A DNA stretch of 36,512 bases from Octopus bimaculoides (lineage: Eukaryota), in NCBI RefSeq assembly GCF_001194135.2, contig NC_068991.1, forward strand, positions 31,464,139 to 31,500,650, in the 5' to 3' direction. A program made the position numbers and the translations under genes. Shown piece after piece: positions 34,511 through 36,512 of this stretch (position 1 is its first letter; each line of letters opens with the position of its first letter). The notes under the pieces were generated by a model, which searched no databases, had not been told where the DNA came from, and saw only the letters and a list, made by a program, of their open reading frames with translations.

Positions 34511-34935
34511 CAGACGCAGGCGTAGCTATGCGGTAAGATGCTTGCTTCTTAACGACATGGTTCCGCGTTCTAGCCCACTGTGTGTCACATTGGGCAAGTA
34601 TATTCTACTATAGCCTCAAGCCGATCACATTCTTGTGAATGGATTTGGTAGACGGAAACTGAAACAAGCCCCGTCGTATATCTATATATATATTTATGTG
34701 TCTGCGTTTGTACCCACATCATCGCTTGACAACCGATGACGATGTGTTTACATCCCCATAGATTGACAGTTTGGCAAAAGAGACTGATAGAATAAGAAAA
34801 AGGCCCACAAAGAATAAATCCAGAGATTGAGTTCTTCGACTGAAAACCCTTTAAGGCTGTGCTCCAGTATAGCCACGGTGCCCCAGCATGGCCACAGCTC
34901 ATCAGCTGAAACTAGATAAAATGAAAAATGAAATG
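34511..34935 (+). mobile_element. SINE family 1, diverged subfamily, full length
   Basis: Head agacgcaggcgtagctatgcggtaag, central (TA), tail ending cagctcatcagctgaaactagataaaa. Confidence 0.85.
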
Positions 34936-34937
34936 AA

Positions 34938-34983
<46 letters not shown>

Positions 34984-35483
34984 NNNNNNNNNNNNNNNNN
35001 NNNNNNNNNNNNNNNNNNNNNNNNNNNNNNNNNNNNNNNNNNNNNNNNNNNNNNNNNNNNNNNNNNNNNNNNNNNNNNNNNNNNNNNNNNNNNNNNNNNN
35101 NNNNNNNNNNNNNNNNNNNNNNNNNNNNNNNNNNNNNNNNNNNNNNNNNNNNNNNNNNNNNNNNNNNNNNNNNNNNNNNNNNNNNNNNNNNNNNNNNNNN
35201 NNNNNNNNNNNNNNNNNNNNNNNNNNNNNNNNNNNNNNNNNNNNNNNNNNNNNNNNNNNNNNNNNNNNNNNNNNNNNNNNNNNNNNNNNNNNNNNNNNNN
35301 NNNNNNNNNNNNNNNNNNNNNNNNNNNNNNNNNNNNNNNNNNNNNNNNNNNNNNNNNNNNNNNNNNNNNNNNNNNNNNNNNNNNTATATATATATACATA
35401 TATATATATTATATATTATATTATATTATATCATATTATATTATATTATATTATATTATATTACATATTACATATATATACAT

Positions 35484-35583
35484 AGGCGTAGGACTGGCTG
35501 TGTGGTAAGTAGCTTGCATACCAACCACATGGTTCCGAGTGGATTTGGTAGACGGAAACTGAAAGAAGCCCGTCGTATATATG

Positions 35584-35614
<31 letters not shown>

Positions 35615-35832
35615 GTATGTGTGTGTATATTATTGTGTGTCTGTGTTTGTCCCCCAACATCGCTTGACAACCGATGGTGGTGTGTTTACGTCCCCGCAAC
35701 TTAGCAGTTCGGCAAAAGAGACCGATAGAATAAGTACTAGCCTTACAAAGAATAAGTCCTGGGGTCGATTTGCTCGACTAAAGGCGGTGCTCCAGCATGG
35801 CCACAGTCAAATGACTGAAACAAGTAAAAAAG
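35484..35832 (+). mobile_element. SINE family 1 with deletion removing the B box
   Basis: aggcgtaggactggctgtgtggtaag...ggttccg|agtggatttgg, intact tail. Confidence 0.92.
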
Positions 35833-35892
35833 TAAATTCATATATAAGTTATGTATATATATCATATATATATATATATTATATATGTATAA

Positions 35893-36240
35893 TCTTTTAT
35901 TTGTTTTAGTCATTTGACTATGGCCATACTGGAGCAACACCATTTAGTCGAGCAAATCGACCCCAGGACATATTCTTTGTAAAGCTAGTACTTATTCTAT
36001 CGGTCTCTTTTGCCGAACTGCTAAGTTGCGAAGACGTAAACACACCAGCATCGGTTGTCAAGCGATGTTGGGGGAAAAACACAGACACACAAACATATAC
36101 ACACACATACATATATACATATATACGACGGGCTTCTTTCAGTTTCTGTCTACGAACTCCACTCTCAAGGCCCGAGGATATAGTAGAAGACACTTTCCCA
36201 AGGTGACACGCAGTGGGACTGCACCAGGAATCATGTGGTT
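35893..36240 (-). mobile_element. SINE family 1, 5' head truncated
   Basis: Tail, microsatellite and most of the head in reverse orientation. Confidence 0.9.
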
Positions 36241-36242
36241 AT

Positions 36243-36278
<36 letters not shown>

Positions 36279-36287
36279 CTCTTTCAC

Positions 36288-36512
36288 TCTTTTACTTGTT
36301 TCAGTCATTTGACTCCGGCCATGCTGGAGCACCGCATTTAGTCGAGCAAATCGACCCCAGGACATATTCTTTGTAAAGCTAGTACTTATTCTATCGGTCT
36401 CTTTTGCCGAACTGCTAAGTTGCGAAGACGTAAACACACCAGCATCGGTTGTCAAGCGATGTTGGGGGAAAAACACAGACACACAAACATATACACACAC
36501 ATACATATATAC
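36288..36512 (-). mobile_element. SINE family 1, 3' half, cut by the window end
   Basis: Near-identical to 35945-36122. Confidence 0.9.

Noticed and set aside
35795-35828. SINE tail hairpin followed by GAAAC-AA-GUA, resembling a hammerhead 3' half
   Set aside because: No CUGANGA upstream in any copy, and the 34.9 kb variant breaks the putative stem III.
643-35909. Long ORFs of X, YI, CV, HT, poly-I/L/S/H in the ORF track
   Set aside because: They are translations of N gaps and simple repeats, not genes.
1-36512. CRISPR array or prokaryotic system
   Set aside because: No regularly spaced repeat-spacer array, and the content is entirely metazoan repeats.

Overview
Repeat-saturated, AT-rich eukaryotic genomic DNA with ten N gaps and no recognisable intact host gene. 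The two dominant tRNA-headed SINE families and the microsatellite density match what I recall of Octopus (O. bimaculoides-type) assemblies; this is recollection, not a search result. Contents: six decayed Penelope-like element (PLE) fragments from apparently several lineages; one structurally intact and several decayed minimal type I hammerhead ribozymes; a near full-length Tx1/L1-like LINE and two 3' fragments; an R4/Dong-like endonuclease fragment and a non-coding ~590 bp element, both embedded in (AAT)n; two RTE-like remnants; a mariner and a maT-like transposon; about 16 SINE copies or fragments. Most long ORFs in the supplied track are artefacts of N runs or simple repeats. The best leads are the hammerhead-bearing non-coding element at 2.7-2.9 kb, the co-oriented chain of different PLEs at 2.7-6.45 kb, and the (AAT)n-embedded non-coding element.
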